Source of the DNA: Curvularia clavata
Taxonomy: Eukaryota
Length of the DNA: 64,000 nucleotides
Reading direction: 5' to 3'
NCBI GenBank assembly: GCA_023920165.1
Contig: CP089280.1
Span: forward strand, 1,054,001-1,118,000
The notes beneath the pieces were generated by a model. That model was not told the DNA's origin. It saw nothing but the letters and a program-made list of their open reading frames with translations, and did not search any database. The position numbers and the translations under genes were made by a program. Shown here one piece after another: positions 61,998 to 64,000 of the stretch. The stretch's first letter is position 1. Each line of letters starts with the position of its first letter.

Positions 61998-64000
61998 CTA
62001 GAAGATCTTCTCTTCCGCCCTGCCCTCCATCAAGCACGCTAGCGCCTGCCCCACCTCCTCCAACACCTCCTCCGCAACCCCAATCCACTCCTGGAAGGTT
62101 ACAATCTCAATTCCCAACTTCTTTCCTCCTTCCTTAACAAACGCCTGACACTTCCACTCCCGCAGTGGCTCACCGTGCGGATACAGCGTCTCAAACTTCG
62201 CCTCGACCCCATTTCCAAACGGCAACTCCTCAACCCACGCCGGCGCCTGATGTACCACCGTATCGAACCAGCGCGTCTTCTCCGGGTCCCAATCCGTGCA
62301 ATTCCGCATAATCTCGTCGAAGCCCATGGACTCGTACGCCGCAGATGTGATGTGCTGATCCTGCACGTAGCGCAGGAGATCGAGATACGTCCATGAGGGT
62401 GCCAGCGTCGCGCGGAAGGGAATGTACTGCCATGTGGGACCGAAGATGCGATCAGCATTGGGGGCACCCACGTTACGCCCGGATACAACTTCGCCGAAGA
62501 CGAGATCGGTGAGGTTCAGGCGCCGCGCGAGAACGAGGGCCCATGCGGCTGTGGGCAGAGAGCCGATGGTGATGTTGGCTGGGCGTGAGGAAATGTCGAA
62601 TTCTTTGTATACGTCTGCGGGGTCGCGGTGCGTGAGGGGGATGTTTGGTTTGAGGACGGTCATGGAAGAGCCAGAGAGCAGGTTCTTCCAGTAAGGAATG
62701 GCCTTGGGGATGTTGTCGAGGACTACGTGGTTGACGTGCTTGCTGAAAGGAACAGTCTCGGGGACGGGGGTGCCGGCGTAGAGGGCGGAGAGCTGTGAGA
62801 AGAGAAGGGGCAGGCAGATCTCGTCGTATTGGGCGTGAGAGATGCGGAATGCGAGAGTAGAGGCGCCAGTGGCGTCAGTGAAGAGGGTGAAGGAGACAAA
62901 CGAAGATCCATAGGGCTTAGGTTCTTCAATGTCCTTTTGGACACTTGCTCGTGCGAAAGCATTGATTTCTTCACCTTCTGGGACTGCAACCTCAGAGTAC
63001 GGTACTTGCAGTGACGATATTACCACACCCAGAGTCAGATCGTCGTCTTTGACGAATACAGTGCGCAAAACCTCATTCCGGGCCACGAGTTCCTGGCATG
63101 CTTGTGCGAGCTTCTGTCGATCGATGGGCGTGACGAACTTGATCAGCTCGTAACGCAGCGAGTATCGTGGAAGGTCGACAGTGCCATCAACTGCGAGTTC
63201 CTGCAGTGGCCTCGTCGGGTAGATGTCTGTGATAAACCACTCCTGGTTCTGGAGATAGGCGCCAATGCGGTCGGGAGTATACAGTGAAGCGTCCTTGCCG
63301 AACGCAACGAATGGCGCATCGGTGTCTGCCTTGGGCTGTGACATAGCTGTCTGCTCAGATGTAGAAGCAAGTTCAGCAAGCGACTGGCTCTGGAAAACCT
63401 GTGCCACAGTAATCTTCAGTCCCTGCGCGCGAGCATCAGAGACTAGCCTCATCGCGCCGATGGAGTCGCCTCCCAACTCGAAGAAGCTGTCACTGCTCTT
63501 GATATCAGTCTTAGGCATACCGAGAATGCGACCGAGGATCTCTTTCAACTTGTCTTCCTGCTCATTGCTTGCAGAAGCTGCCAAATCGGATAATGTGCGA
63601 CTGGAAAAGACTTGGGCGACTGTGAAGTTGAGGCCCTGAGCACGAGCGTCAGAAACGAGACGCATGGCACCTATAGAATCTCCGCCTAGCTCGAAGAAGC
63701 TATCACTCGGCTTGATGTCAGTCTCCTTCAGGCCGAGAATGCGACTTAGTATGCTTCGCAGTTTCTCCTCATTTGGCGAGAGTGATTTCAGGCCGGCATC
63801 TCCAGATTCAGGACCGTCAACTGGCGACATGCCTAGCGCGCTATCGGTCATAACATCCTTTGGTCTCATAGCCTCAGCATCTTGGGCCTCTTCTGGATCC
63901 AGGACTGCGACATCGCCTAGTTTGCTTTCGGGGTTACCCAAGAATGCATGAACGATACGATCGAGCACAGCAAGCACCCTCTCCGTGGCTTCCTTGCTGA
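61998..64000 (-). CDS. NPS6: 3' part (T-T-C) of an NRPS, NPS6-type extracellular siderophore synthetase; continues beyond the window
   Basis: Two tandem thiolation domains (FFELGGDSIGAM twice) then a terminal condensation domain (ISHAQYD, VFGEVVSGR). A T-T-C ending is characteristic of Dothideomycete NPS6. Confidence 0.8.
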   Translation of the reverse strand, partial: SKEATERVLAVLDRIVHAFLGNPESKLGDVAVLDPEEAQDAEAMRPKDVMTDSALGMSPVDGPESGDAGLKSLSPNEEKLRSILSRILGLKETDIKPSDSFFELGGDSIGAMRLVSDARAQGLNFTVAQVFSSRTLSDLAASASNEQEDKLKEILGRILGMPKTDIKSSDSFFELGGDSIGAMRLVSDARAQGLKITVAQVFQSQSLAELASTSEQTAMSQPKADTDAPFVAFGKDASLYTPDRIGAYLQNQEWFITDIYPTRPLQELAVDGTVDLPRYSLRYELIKFVTPIDRQKLAQACQELVARNEVLRTVFVKDDDLTLGVVISSLQVPYSEVAVPEGEEINAFARASVQKDIEEPKPYGSSFVSFTLFTDATGASTLAFRISHAQYDEICLPLLFSQLSALYAGTPVPETVPFSKHVNHVVLDNIPKAIPYWKNLLSGSSMTVLKPNIPLTHRDPADVYKEFDISSRPANITIGSLPTAAWALVLARRLNLTDLVFGEVVSGRNVGAPNADRIFGPTWQYIPFRATLAPSWTYLDLLRYVQDQHITSAAYESMGFDEIMRNCTDWDPEKTRWFDTVVHQAPAWVEELPFGNGVEAKFETLYPHGEPLREWKCQAFVKEGGKKLGIEIVTFQEWIGVAEEVLEEVGQALACLMEGRAEEKIF

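Overview
Gene-dense region of a filamentous ascomycete genome with short GT-AG introns, probably a Dothideomycete/Pleosporales judging from the NPS6-type NRPS end. Left end (1-7 kb): an accessory island with LTR-like remnants, a PNP_UDP-NB-ARC-TPR NLR-type gene interrupted by one in-frame TGA, and an intact 1,855-bp Fot1/pogo transposon. From 7.5 to 26 kb: mostly conserved genes (mitochondrial-carrier-family protein, RAV1, RMT3, HSL-type hydrolase, BTB protein, CH-domain protein, NDUFAF2). From 26.7 to 45.2 kb: a compact, apparently intact secondary-metabolite cluster of six genes: a complete highly reducing PKS (KS-AT-DH-CMeT-ER-KR-ACP), a P450, an FSH1/LovG-type hydrolase, a diverged intronless GH13 alpha-glucosidase, an SDR and a CtvD/AurD-like membrane protein. 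The cluster has no transcription factor or transporter and abuts a truncated F-box-like gene. It is the best candidate for an undescribed system here. From 46.9 kb on: U1-C, an NmrA-like reductase, RACK1/cpc-2 hosting an intronic U24 snoRNA with one decayed guide, ECH1, a secreted tyrosinase, an F-box-like gene and the 3' end of NPS6. All calls come from reading motifs by eye; no database search was run.
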